A stretch of DNA of 64,000 nt from positions 235-64,234 of the forward strand of contig JAJDZG010000129.1 of assembly GCA_022824765.1 (NCBI GenBank), read 5' to 3'. A program made the position numbers and the translations under genes. Below, in pieces: positions 18,450 through 27,041 of the stretch (positions within the stretch are counted from its first letter, which is position 1; every line of letters begins with the position of its first letter). Below the pieces are notes generated by a model, which saw only the letters and a program-made list of their open reading frames with translations, ran no database searches and had not been told where the DNA came from. This DNA comes from Dehalococcoidia bacterium (lineage in GTDB: Bacteria > Chloroflexota > Dehalococcoidia > Bin125).

Positions 18450-19408
18450 GTATTGCCCGTCTCGAATCCGTCCAACGCCGAGGCGTCGCCGCCCAGCGCC
18501 GTCACCATAGTGCGTACGTTCTCGACCATCATCCCGACCAGCGTGTTCTCGGGATCGCCGGGCTCACCCGGCAGATCGTCGTCCGAGAGCGTCGACACCT
18601 GAACCGCGCCAGCCTCGCTGGCAATCGTGTCCAGGACCTCCGAAGGAAACACCTCAGAGCCGAAAATCGCCGGCACCCCAGCGTCGCGAATCTGCTCGAT
18701 CAGATCCGCCACTTCGCGCGGCGCCGGCTCCGAAAAGTCAGACGGTTGAATCGCGCCGATGATCTCCAGCCCATAGCGCGGCGCGAAGTACGGGAACGAG
18801 TCGTGATAGGTAATCAGCAAGCGGTGCTCCTCCGGAATCGTGGATGTCGCCGCATCGATCGCCTGGTCCAGCTCCCAGAGGCGCTCGATCAGGCGCTCCG
18901 CGTTCTCGGCGTAGTACGACGCGCCGTTCGGATCGATGTCCGTCAGCCCGTCGCGGACGAACTCCGCGTACTCCACCGCCAGGTGCGGCGCAGTCCACAG
19001 GTGCGGATTCGGATTGCCGTCCTCCTCTGGAAACGAGAAGTCAAACACGTACTCGCTGGGCGATACCGCGAGGTTGCCCAGCTGGATGATCTGCGTGCCG
19101 TCCGACGCATTCGCCTCGGCCAGTTCCAGCGTCGGCAGCTCGAGGTTGAGTCCGTTGATCACGATCAGATCGGCGCGTTCCAACTCTCCCACTGCCGAGG
19201 GCGGCGGATCGAACGTGTGCGAGTTCACGCCCTCGGGCACGAGCGCCACGACGCGCACGCGATCCCCGCCGACCTGCTCGATGATGTCTCGCAGCGGCGC
19301 GACCGTGGTCACGACCAGCAGACCGCTCTCCTCCGCCTGGTCGCCTTCGCCGCCGCAGGCGGCGAGCAGCACCGCAGCAACCGCCGCCGCAAGCAACCAC
19401 CGAATCAT
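18431..19408 (-). CDS. Metal ABC transporter substrate-binding lipoprotein (ZnuA/TroA family, cluster A-I)
   Basis: Lipoprotein signal MIRWLLAAAVAAVLLAACGG with GGGAAG before the ATG at 19408. TroA-like fold features are present and the gene sits upstream of the ATPase and permease. Confidence 0.8.
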   Translation of the reverse strand: MIRWLLAAAVAAVLLAACGGEGDQAEESGLLVVTTVAPLRDIIEQVGGDRVRVVALVPEGVNSHTFDPPPSAVGELERADLIVINGLNLELPTLELAEANASDGTQIIQLGNLAVSPSEYVFDFSFPEEDGNPNPHLWTAPHLAVEYAEFVRDGLTDIDPNGASYYAENAERLIERLWELDQAIDAATSTIPEEHRLLITYHDSFPYFAPRYGLEIIGAIQPSDFSEPAPREVADLIEQIRDAGVPAIFGSEVFPSEVLDTIASEAGAVQVSTLSDDDLPGEPGDPENTLVGMMVENVRTMVTALGGDASALDGFETGNTWRPSE

Positions 19409-19491
19409 GCCGCTTCCCATCAAGTGCAAGACTCAGGATACGTGCACGATTCGGTCAACTCAGCAACCACAGCGTCCCGACGGATTGTGCG

Positions 19492-20415
19492 TTACACCAA
19501 CCCGGGCCGAATGCTGTTGCGCGGGAATCCGCCCGCACCCAACGTGTGCGGCCACACGTCGAACAGCGTGTCAATCTCGATCCGGTTGTCGTCGAAATGC
19601 AGGTATCGCTCGAGCACCGGTTCCGAGAACAGCGAGATGCGGTGCCCGCTCGCACCGAAGATGCGACCATTGGCTGCATCCGACTGATCGGAGGCGAGCC
19701 AGGCCACAATCGGCGCCACATTCTTCGGATCACGCGCCGTGCCCGATGCGGACTCTGACGGAGCCGGCCCCTCCTGCTCGACGCCGCGGCCCCGATCGGT
19801 CATCCGAGTCGACGCGCCGGGCGCAATGCAGTTTGTCGTGACCCCGTAGCGTCCCAGCGCACCGACGTTCGAGCGCATCAAGCCCAGCTTGGCCGCATGC
19901 GCCGCCGAGTAGTTGGGCTGTCCCGCCGAGCCGCGAATGCCAGCATCCGAGGTGAAGTAGATGATCCGACGATGACCGCCCTCGCGGTTCGCACGCCAAT
20001 AGATCGAGGCGAACTTGGTCGGCGCGAAGCAACCCTTCAGGTGCGCTCGCACCAGACCGTCCCACTCGTCCTCGGTCATGTTGAAGATCATCCGCTCGCG
20101 CAGAATGCCGTGCGCACAGACGAGCACATCGAGTCCGCCGAACTCATCAATCGCGGTCTGAATCATCCGCTCCGCGGTGTCCATGTCGGCCACATCGCCG
20201 ACGAAGGGCACCGCCTCGCCGCCCGCGTCGCGAATCTCCTGCACGATCGCCTCGACCTTGGACGCGTCCATGCCAAATCGACCCTCGACGTCAAAGCCGG
20301 TATCCGCCACGACCACCTTCGCTCCCTGCTCGCCGAAGACGCGGCACAGATTGGATCCAATCCCGCCCGCGCCGCCGGTGATGATGCAGATTCGTCCGTC
20401 CAGATGCTTCGTCAT
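19492..20415 (-). CDS. SDR-family NAD(P)-dependent oxidoreductase, MFE-2 / 17beta-HSD4-like dehydrogenase domain with a C-terminal extension
   Basis: TGGAGGIGS Rossmann motif, a catalytic YxxxK region (NYSAAHAAK) and an FDVEGRFG...VVADTG pattern like the peroxisomal multifunctional enzyme 2 N-domain. Confidence 0.85.
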   Translation of the reverse strand: MTKHLDGRICIITGGAGGIGSNLCRVFGEQGAKVVVADTGFDVEGRFGMDASKVEAIVQEIRDAGGEAVPFVGDVADMDTAERMIQTAIDEFGGLDVLVCAHGILRERMIFNMTEDEWDGLVRAHLKGCFAPTKFASIYWRANREGGHRRIIYFTSDAGIRGSAGQPNYSAAHAAKLGLMRSNVGALGRYGVTTNCIAPGASTRMTDRGRGVEQEGPAPSESASGTARDPKNVAPIVAWLASDQSDAANGRIFGASGHRISLFSEPVLERYLHFDDNRIEIDTLFDVWPHTLGAGGFPRNSIRPGLV

Positions 20416-20459
20416 CTCGTTCCGCCTCTCGCTATGCCCTGCCTCAAGTCGTGTCCCGC

Positions 20460-21374
20460 CTATGGGAACTGGCGCGGCGGCGGACCGACCCCTTGCAACT
20501 CGAGCGTCTGCGGCATCAGCTCAAACAGCGTGTCGATGTCCCAGTACGGCTCGACGTTCCAGATCGTCTGCTCCCACTCCGGCTCTCGCCAGATCGTGAT
20601 CTTGTTCCCCGTCGTGCCGACGACGCGGCCCGAGATGTCAGCGCTCGCATCCGATGCCAGGAACGTCACCGCCGGCGTGACGTTGTTGGGGTCCATCGCC
20701 GTGCCCGACGCGGTCAGGCTGGGTGCATCCGCCGACTGGTCGACACCGCGTCCGCGGTCGGTCATCCGCGTCGACGCGCCCGGCGAGATGCAGTTGGACG
20801 TCGCGCCGTAGCGCTCGAGCGCCTCCGCGTTGGACAGCGACAGGCCAATCTTGCCCGCATGAGCGGCCGAATAGTTGGGCTGCCCCGCTTCGCCGCGCAC
20901 CCCAGCCGACGAGGTGAAGTAGATGATCCGCCGATTGCCCTTGTCGCGATTCGCTCGCCAATGGATCGCAGCGAACTTGGTCGGCGCAAAGCAGCCCTTG
21001 AGGTGAATGCGAACCAGGCCGTCCCACTCCTCCTCGGTCATGTTGAAGATCATCCGCTCGCGCAGAATGCCATGCGCGCAGACGAGGATGTCAAGGTCGC
21101 CGAAGGTCTCGATCGCCGTCTGGACCGCGCGCTCTGCTGTCTCCATCTCCGCGATGTCCCCGGCGACGGCAGTCGCCTGTCCACCCGCGGCGATGATCTC
21201 GTCGACGACAGCCTGGACCTTCGAGGGGTCCATGCCCGCGCGTCCCTCGACGTCAAAGCCGGTGTCGCAGGCGACGACCGCCGCTCCCTCTTCGGCAAAC
21301 ACCCGGCAAATGTGCGAGCCCATCCCGCCCGCACCGCCAGTCACCAAAGCCACCTTGCCATCCAAATGTCCCAT
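20460..21374 (-). CDS. SDR-family oxidoreductase, tandem paralog of the preceding gene
   Basis: About 60% identical to the 19492-20415 product (LVTGGAGGMGSHICRVFAEEGA..., NYSAAHAGK). Confidence 0.85.
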   Translation of the reverse strand: MGHLDGKVALVTGGAGGMGSHICRVFAEEGAAVVACDTGFDVEGRAGMDPSKVQAVVDEIIAAGGQATAVAGDIAEMETAERAVQTAIETFGDLDILVCAHGILRERMIFNMTEEEWDGLVRIHLKGCFAPTKFAAIHWRANRDKGNRRIIYFTSSAGVRGEAGQPNYSAAHAGKIGLSLSNAEALERYGATSNCISPGASTRMTDRGRGVDQSADAPSLTASGTAMDPNNVTPAVTFLASDASADISGRVVGTTGNKITIWREPEWEQTIWNVEPYWDIDTLFELMPQTLELQGVGPPPRQFP

Positions 21375-21424
21375 GTCGCACCTCTCTCAGCTGACCAGAG
21401 GCTAGGCGCGAGCGTGACGCAGGG

Positions 21425-21865
21425 TCAATCGAGGTCGGGGAAGATATCAAATCCGAGTGCTTGCCCCGCCTCAGCCTGCCGGCGATCCCATGTGATGAAG
21501 GTCAATGGCTCGCCAAGATCGACGGCCGTCGCCAGATGAATCGCATCAGCGCCCGACAAAGAGAATCGAACCAACAGATCGGTGGCGGCCTGAATATGCC
21601 TGTCCGCCACTGATTCCACTTCGAAACTCCGCCAGATAAGGTCCACGCGGTCCAGCGCGGTCACCCATTCCGCTTCATCAAGCTCCTGGTGTCGGAACCG
21701 CCTGGCCAGGGCCGAGTGCGTCTCGACGTAGGTCAGCATGCTGGTGGCGAGGATGACATCGCTGCCGAAGATCGACTGAGCGACGCTCGCCCCGGACTCT
21801 TGGGGAAGGATGAGCTTGACGAACCCGCTGGTGTCAAAGTACGCCCGATGATCCGTCATCTGCAT
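21425..21865 (-). CDS. vapC: PIN-domain ribonuclease toxin (VapC family)
   Basis: YFDTSGFVKL is the first acidic PIN motif. Size is about 145 aa and the start overlaps the upstream small ORF by 10 nt. Confidence 0.7.
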   Translation of the reverse strand: MQMTDHRAYFDTSGFVKLILPQESGASVAQSIFGSDVILATSMLTYVETHSALARRFRHQELDEAEWVTALDRVDLIWRSFEVESVADRHIQAATDLLVRFSLSGADAIHLATAVDLGEPLTFITWDRRQAEAGQALGFDIFPDLD

Positions 21866-22140
21866 CGATCACAGCGGCATCGACCGAGAGCGCACATCAA
21901 CTCTTCGTTCGTCATCGGCTTGCCGATCGGTTGCCAACCACGAATGGTCTGCATCAGCGACTGCCGATCCTCACGACTTCGATACGGCGGATCCACCAGA
22001 CCCTTGTAGTAGAGCCGCTCCCAAACGCGATCCGGCTCCTCGTCGCCCCAATCCAGCGGCGGCCTCTCCACCGGCTGCCAGACCGGCTCAGCCCGAACCG
22101 GCTGCACCAAGCCGTCTCGCTGATGTTCCTGCTCGCTCAT
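21856..22140 (-). CDS. Putative cognate antitoxin of the PIN toxin, atypical sequence
   Basis: 94-aa ORF immediately upstream with a 10-nt overlap into vapC, which is the classic TA arrangement. The sequence is not a recognisable AbrB/MazE/Phd fold (PLDWGDEEPDRVWERLYYKGLVDPPYRSRE...). Confidence 0.45.
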   Translation of the reverse strand: MSEQEHQRDGLVQPVRAEPVWQPVERPPLDWGDEEPDRVWERLYYKGLVDPPYRSREDRQSLMQTIRGWQPIGKPMTNEELMCALGRCRCDRCR

Positions 22141-22196
22141 GACCTCTTCCCTCGCAACATCATCCTACCGACATCCGAGGCACCGGGCCGGCTCGC

Positions 22197-23663
22197 TCAG
22201 CGCAGGAACTTCGGATCCAGCAGCCGACCCACCGTCTCAATCGCCTCCGATTTGTCGTAGCGCAAGTACGACTGCGACTTCGACACCTGCTGATCGCCGA
22301 AGAAGAACCGCTCGTACAGCTCTTGCCGTCCCGCCAACGACGTACCCACCAGATCCCAGGCCAGCCGGAACAGCGGTACCTTCGCAATCCCCGACTCCGA
22401 CGTCTCCGCCGCGCCCGCGAAATACCGCTCCACCGACGGTCCCAGCGCCTCGCGGATCGCCTCCATGTTCGCCTCCGACGGCGCCGCCATGAAGTTGCTC
22501 CCGCCGATCTGCTTGATGTGATCAATCATCTGCACGTAGTACTCGGGAAACAGCCGCAGTCCCGACTGAATCGCGTTGGCGTTGCAATACCAGACCCCGT
22601 TCTCGGGATTCTCCACCGCTCCCTCGACCGCCGCAATCGCGATCGACTCCAGGGTCTGCAGCATCGTCACGATCTCGCCCAGCCGAATCTGTACGTTGAT
22701 GAACGAGTTCGTCTGCGCGTTCTCGGCGACCAGATGCGCCACGCCCAGCAGGAATCGAGCCTTGGCCACGTTCTTGACGATCACGTGATGCCCCAGCGAC
22801 TCGTGGAATCGCATCACCATCAGCGCCGTGTTGTGAATCTTCGCGTCCTGGTAGTCGAAGATGTTCTCCCACGGCACCTCGACATCATCAAACACCGCCA
22901 CCGTGTCAATCTCCTCGAACCGACTCGAGATCGGGTAATCGTGCTTGGAACGATTCGGGTCGAACGAGTCTCGGCAGACCCAATGCAATCCCGCAGCGTC
23001 GACCGGAATCGTAAAGCCCAGCGCATACTTGTTCTCGTCCTCGCCACTGACGATCGGCAGGACCATCGACAGGTTCTCGTCCGAGAACGGCGCCAGCGTC
23101 CCCAATATTCGCGCACCCCGCACGACGATCCGATCCGACTTCCGCTCCACGACGCCGGCCGTGAGGAACGGCTCCTGCTCGCCGAGCGGCGTCTTGCGAT
23201 CAATCTGCGGCGTGATGAACGTGTGCGTCAGGCAGACATCGTTGCGCCGACAGTGCTCCAGAATCCGCACCGCGTGATCGCCAAGCTGCGGATCGTTCTG
23301 ACCCCAATGATGCTTCGCAGCCGCGACCCCGGCGATCGCCGCGTTCATGTAATCAGGCGCACGACCCAGCTGGCCTCCCGTGTGCTCGGCCCAGGCAGCG
23401 AAGGCGGCACCACGATCTCGCAGATCCTGCTTCGATCGTGGAATCTTGAACGATCGGTGCGACCGCTCGCCGTCGTCATCCTCGTACGAGATCAGCTCCC
23501 GATTCGCAGGATCACACTGGAAGTCGTAGTACGCCGCAATCGTCCGAGCCGCATTAGCGAAACCGGCCGCCTCGGTGACGTCATCAACCACAGCGCCGTT
23601 GTGCCAGATGCGACGCTGATCGCGCAGCCCTGCCAGATAGGCCGCGCCGTCGCGCATCCCCAT
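22197..23663 (-). CDS. 4-hydroxyphenylacetate 3-hydroxylase (HpaB) family flavin-dependent monooxygenase, oxygenase component
   Basis: 488 aa. The N-terminal region (AAYLAGLRDQRRIWHNGAVVDDVTEAAGFANAARTIAAYYDF) matches the HpaB family pattern, and the length is typical. Confidence 0.8.
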   Translation of the reverse strand: MGMRDGAAYLAGLRDQRRIWHNGAVVDDVTEAAGFANAARTIAAYYDFQCDPANRELISYEDDDGERSHRSFKIPRSKQDLRDRGAAFAAWAEHTGGQLGRAPDYMNAAIAGVAAAKHHWGQNDPQLGDHAVRILEHCRRNDVCLTHTFITPQIDRKTPLGEQEPFLTAGVVERKSDRIVVRGARILGTLAPFSDENLSMVLPIVSGEDENKYALGFTIPVDAAGLHWVCRDSFDPNRSKHDYPISSRFEEIDTVAVFDDVEVPWENIFDYQDAKIHNTALMVMRFHESLGHHVIVKNVAKARFLLGVAHLVAENAQTNSFINVQIRLGEIVTMLQTLESIAIAAVEGAVENPENGVWYCNANAIQSGLRLFPEYYVQMIDHIKQIGGSNFMAAPSEANMEAIREALGPSVERYFAGAAETSESGIAKVPLFRLAWDLVGTSLAGRQELYERFFFGDQQVSKSQSYLRYDKSEAIETVGRLLDPKFLR

Positions 23664-23674
23664 CGCGCTGCCGC

Positions 23675-24226
23675 CTAATCGCCGCTGAAGGCCGGCGTCG
23701 GCTCATCGACCAGCGCCGCGTCGCCTTCAGTCGGCAAGACCTCGGCGTAGTTGAGCGCGCCGTCGATATCGCCCTCCCACTGCTCGCGCGGCAGCTCGTA
23801 CAACACCTCGATCCCATGACCATCAGGATCGTTGATGTACACCGAATGCGTCATGCCATGATTGATCCGCAGGTTGAACTTCACACCCTTGGCCTGCAAG
23901 AAGGCGATCTGCTTCAGCCACGAGTCACGGTCCGGATAATGAACCGCGAAATGGTTGAGCCCCGGTCGTCGCGGCGCCATCGACCAATCGTCCGCCGACG
24001 CCGAATCGCCCATGATCTCCGCCAGCGCCAGATCGTGGTGACTCTCGGACAGTCCGTTGTAGAAGCGCATCGTCATCGAACGCTCGTCGCGCGGCTTCAG
24101 CGATCCGATGTGCCGAAAGCCCATCACTTCCGTCCAGAACTCGTGCGAGACCTCAATGTCGCGCACGTTCAGCACCAGATGGTTCACGCCCACTGGTGTC
24201 ATCGCCCGGGCAGGTGCGTCGCTCAT
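23675..24226 (-). CDS. VOC-family protein (glyoxalase/bleomycin resistance/extradiol dioxygenase fold)
   Basis: VNHLVLNVRDIEVSHEFWTEVMGF...GLNHFAV...HSVYINDPDGHGIEV are typical VOC beta-alpha-beta-beta-beta modules. The stop is 11 nt before the HpaB-like start. Confidence 0.75.
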   Translation of the reverse strand: MSDAPARAMTPVGVNHLVLNVRDIEVSHEFWTEVMGFRHIGSLKPRDERSMTMRFYNGLSESHHDLALAEIMGDSASADDWSMAPRRPGLNHFAVHYPDRDSWLKQIAFLQAKGVKFNLRINHGMTHSVYINDPDGHGIEVLYELPREQWEGDIDGALNYAEVLPTEGDAALVDEPTPAFSGD

Positions 24227-24313
24227 GATTCGCTCTCCTCTCGATCATCACTGATCAGCTCGCGTGCAAGTCACGTGAACTGCAAGATACCAACTCCCAC
24301 GCGTACAGGATCG

Positions 24314-25246
24314 CTAGCCGAGCCGATCCAGCGCCCGCGTCATCTCTTCCGACTCGACGCCTCCAGAATCAGCCGCTGCAACCACATCCTGGAAGCGCCT
24401 GACCGTCTGCTGCATCCGGATGCGCCGGAACAGGGCGGCATCAGCAGTCGATCCGAGCGCTCCGTACTGCTCAACGACCCGCCAAACCAGCTCCGTGCCG
24501 TAGACATCGATCAGCGCCGCAAAGTCGAGCGCTGGATCAGCCACGCGCAACCGATACCAGCCGTCAACCGCGATCAGCTGCTGCACGAACGTGTCCACCA
24601 GCAGCCGTTCTGCGCTCAGACCCCCATGCACGAGCGCCGGCGGATGCGCCCAAACATGCTCGTCGTCGAGCAATCTGCGCCACCAGCGGCGCGCCCAGGT
24701 CAGCGTCGACCAACTGACCAGCGGCCGCAGCACCGCCAACGATCGCCGCGAGAGCTCGACGTGCTCTTCGCGCCACTGACGCGCCGGCGCCGCGCCCAAT
24801 CCGCGTGCTCGCTCCACCGAAAATCCGTGCAGCTGATGGCAGAACTCGGCGAGACCGCGCACCAGACGCTCGCGGTTCTGATCATTGAACAACTCAGGCC
24901 GCAGCGGCCGACCCTCCAGACGTGGCGCTGCCAGCCACTGCCGACGCCATTCCGCCTCGGCGCTGCTGGAGCGCTCGACCATCGGCACCGACGGACCGAC
25001 GAATCCGCGCAGATGCGGCAGGATCGAACGCATCAACCGCAGCTGCTCCGCCGCCTCAGCCGTTTGCGCAAACCAGGCGACCCACTCGTCGTCCCAATCG
25101 GCGCGGACCACGTCAGCGTCATGCTCCTGGCGGAAGCTGACCGCAGCTACCTCGATGTCCGGAAAGTCAGCGCCGAGCAGGAACAACAGGTCATCCGCGC
25201 CCTCAATCGACGCGCGGATTGCAGCAGCATCGCTGGCGACGCACAT
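24314..25246 (-). CDS. Phosphotransferase enzyme family protein (APH-like kinase)
   Basis: HGGLSAERLLVD (Brenner-like HGD...) and VDGWYRLRVADPALDFAAL (the DxxxD...DL region) are present. The start is taken at the ATG forming TAATG with the upstream M23 peptidase stop; the longer ORF extension overlaps the peptidase. Confidence 0.65.
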   Translation of the reverse strand: MCVASDAAAIRASIEGADDLLFLLGADFPDIEVAAVSFRQEHDADVVRADWDDEWVAWFAQTAEAAEQLRLMRSILPHLRGFVGPSVPMVERSSSAEAEWRRQWLAAPRLEGRPLRPELFNDQNRERLVRGLAEFCHQLHGFSVERARGLGAAPARQWREEHVELSRRSLAVLRPLVSWSTLTWARRWWRRLLDDEHVWAHPPALVHGGLSAERLLVDTFVQQLIAVDGWYRLRVADPALDFAALIDVYGTELVWRVVEQYGALGSTADAALFRRIRMQQTVRRFQDVVAAADSGGVESEEMTRALDRLG

Positions 25247-26460
25247 TAGCCGAGTGTATCGCCCGACCCGCCTGACTCGCCCGATTCCGCCGACGGCGGC
25301 AGCGGCGGACGGTCGTCGCCCAACCATTGCACCGGATCGACATCAATGCCCTGCACGATCACTTCCCAATGCACATGCGGCCCGGTCGACAGGCCGGTCG
25401 TGCCGACGTTGCCGATCCAGTCGCCAGCGGCGACCTCCATGCCCTCGCGCACGGCGATCAACGACATGTGCCAATAGCCGGAGTAAACGCCCGCCCCGTG
25501 ATCGAGGATGACGCCCAATCCATGCAACACGACCTCGCCCGTCCAGACGACGCTGCCCGCCGCCGCTGCGACCAACGGATCGCCATGCTGTCCCGCGATG
25601 TCGTGGCCATGATGCCACTCGCTCGACGGCACGCCGTCGTATGTGCGCGGCGCGCCGAAAACGCCGGTCACCTCGCCCACAATCGGCAGCTGCCAGGGAC
25701 CCGACCAGCGCGCAGGACCACTGACCGCCACATGGTCGCGGAAGCGCACATCAATGTCCCGCTGCAACTCCGCCGGATCGACCGGATCACCGCTGCCGTC
25801 ACCGCCCAGCACGATCTCTTCGAGCGGAGCCGTGCTGGCCAACACCATCAGCACCGCTGAAACCGTCTGCAACCAGCCGACATCCGAATACAGGTCGACC
25901 ACGACGCTGCGCGCACCGACTGGCGCGTCGCGCGCAACCGCCGCCAGACCCCACCAGACGCCCGTCGCCGTCTGCGAGAGGCTCCAGCTGCGTCCATCGA
26001 GCGTGGCGGCCGCAGCAGTGGTGGAAGAATCCTCAGTGATCACGGTCAGCGCGACCGCCTCGCCTTGCGTAATGGTCGACGGCGCCAACACGAAGTCGGC
26101 GACCGGGTTCTCGACCGAATCCACCGCAACCGGCTCCGACTCTTGCTCCTGTTGCTCCTGCACAGGATTCGAAACCTCGCGAGCAGGCTCGATCGCCGGC
26201 TCGGGCTCGGGCTCAGCATCCGACGACTGCGCCTGAACGACCGGCACGACCGGCGCTGCTTGCTCTTCGACCACCTCCGCTGACGACGCCTGCTGCGCCT
26301 CCGACGCCGCGGTCTCAGCCGGCAACGTCGTCGCGACGGCGGCCGTTGACGCCGCAGGCGGATCAGTCGGCGTCTCGCGCAGCAGCAACGCCGCACCCGC
26401 GCCGATCGCCGCGGACAACACCGCGAGCAACACGATGGTCGCCAGCCAGCGGCCGCTCAA
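25246..26460 (-). CDS. M23 family metallopeptidase, membrane-anchored, with an acidic/Pro-rich linker
   Basis: N-terminal TM segment and a low-complexity linker, then a LytM/M23 domain (HHGHDIAGQHGDPLVAAAAGSV, STGPHVHWEV). Confidence 0.8.
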   Translation of the reverse strand: MSGRWLATIVLLAVLSAAIGAGAALLLRETPTDPPAASTAAVATTLPAETAASEAQQASSAEVVEEQAAPVVPVVQAQSSDAEPEPEPAIEPAREVSNPVQEQQEQESEPVAVDSVENPVADFVLAPSTITQGEAVALTVITEDSSTTAAAATLDGRSWSLSQTATGVWWGLAAVARDAPVGARSVVVDLYSDVGWLQTVSAVLMVLASTAPLEEIVLGGDGSGDPVDPAELQRDIDVRFRDHVAVSGPARWSGPWQLPIVGEVTGVFGAPRTYDGVPSSEWHHGHDIAGQHGDPLVAAAAGSVVWTGEVVLHGLGVILDHGAGVYSGYWHMSLIAVREGMEVAAGDWIGNVGTTGLSTGPHVHWEVIVQGIDVDPVQWLGDDRPPLPPSAESGESGGSGDTLG

Positions 26461-26605
26461 CTGCCGACCCCTGCGTCGGGACTCACCTTGCTCGCCCTCT
26501 GGCCGCTCGCGCTGTGTCCGCTTCTGTTGGTGATCACCGCAGCCTCTCGTACTCTCACTCTAGACAGCAAAGCCCAATCATCGCGTGCAACAGTCAGGAA
26601 TCCCC

Positions 26606-27031
26606 GTGCCAGACGCAGCGGCCGCGCCGACGCCGATCCTGCGCGTTCCCAAACCCTGGGGCGAGGAGCTGATCCTGAGCCGCAGCGCCCACTCGGTGAT
26701 CAAGGCAATCCGGATCGACGCCGGCCAGCGCCTCTCGTTGCAATACCACCGGCGCAAACACGAAACGGTGATGCTGCTGTCCGGCAACGCGATCTTGACC
26801 ATCGGGGCCGCCACTGATCTGTTGGAGAACGTCACGATGCGCAGCGGACATCCCGTCCAGGTCGGCGCGGGCATCATCCATCGCATCACCGCCGGCCCGG
26901 CAGGCGCGGACATCCTTGAACTGGCCAGGCCTCTGCCCAACCACGCGACGGACGACTTCACCGGCGACGCGGAAGACATCGTGCGGCTGGCCGACGACTA
27001 CGGCCGCGCCTGCGGCGCTGAGCCTGGCTAG
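26606..27031 (+). CDS. Cupin-domain protein
   Basis: KPWGEELIL...IDAGQRLSLQYHRRKHETVMLLSGNA...GHPVQVGAGIIHRI is a cupin-2 / sugar-isomerase-like barrel. AGGAA lies 5 nt before the GTG at 26606. Confidence 0.7.
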   Translation: MPDAAAAPTPILRVPKPWGEELILSRSAHSVIKAIRIDAGQRLSLQYHRRKHETVMLLSGNAILTIGAATDLLENVTMRSGHPVQVGAGIIHRITAGPAGADILELARPLPNHATDDFTGDAEDIVRLADDYGRACGAEPG

Positions 27032-27041
27032 GGAGCGACTC

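Noticed and set aside
16473-18602. 709-aa ORF on the + strand
   Set aside because: Antisense to the znuABC-like operon. Arg/Pro/Ala-rich with no motifs.
19409-19491. Possible Zur/MntR operator upstream of the metal ABC importer
   Set aside because: No AT-rich palindrome of the Zur or DtxR type is visible. Only a short GTGCAC is present.
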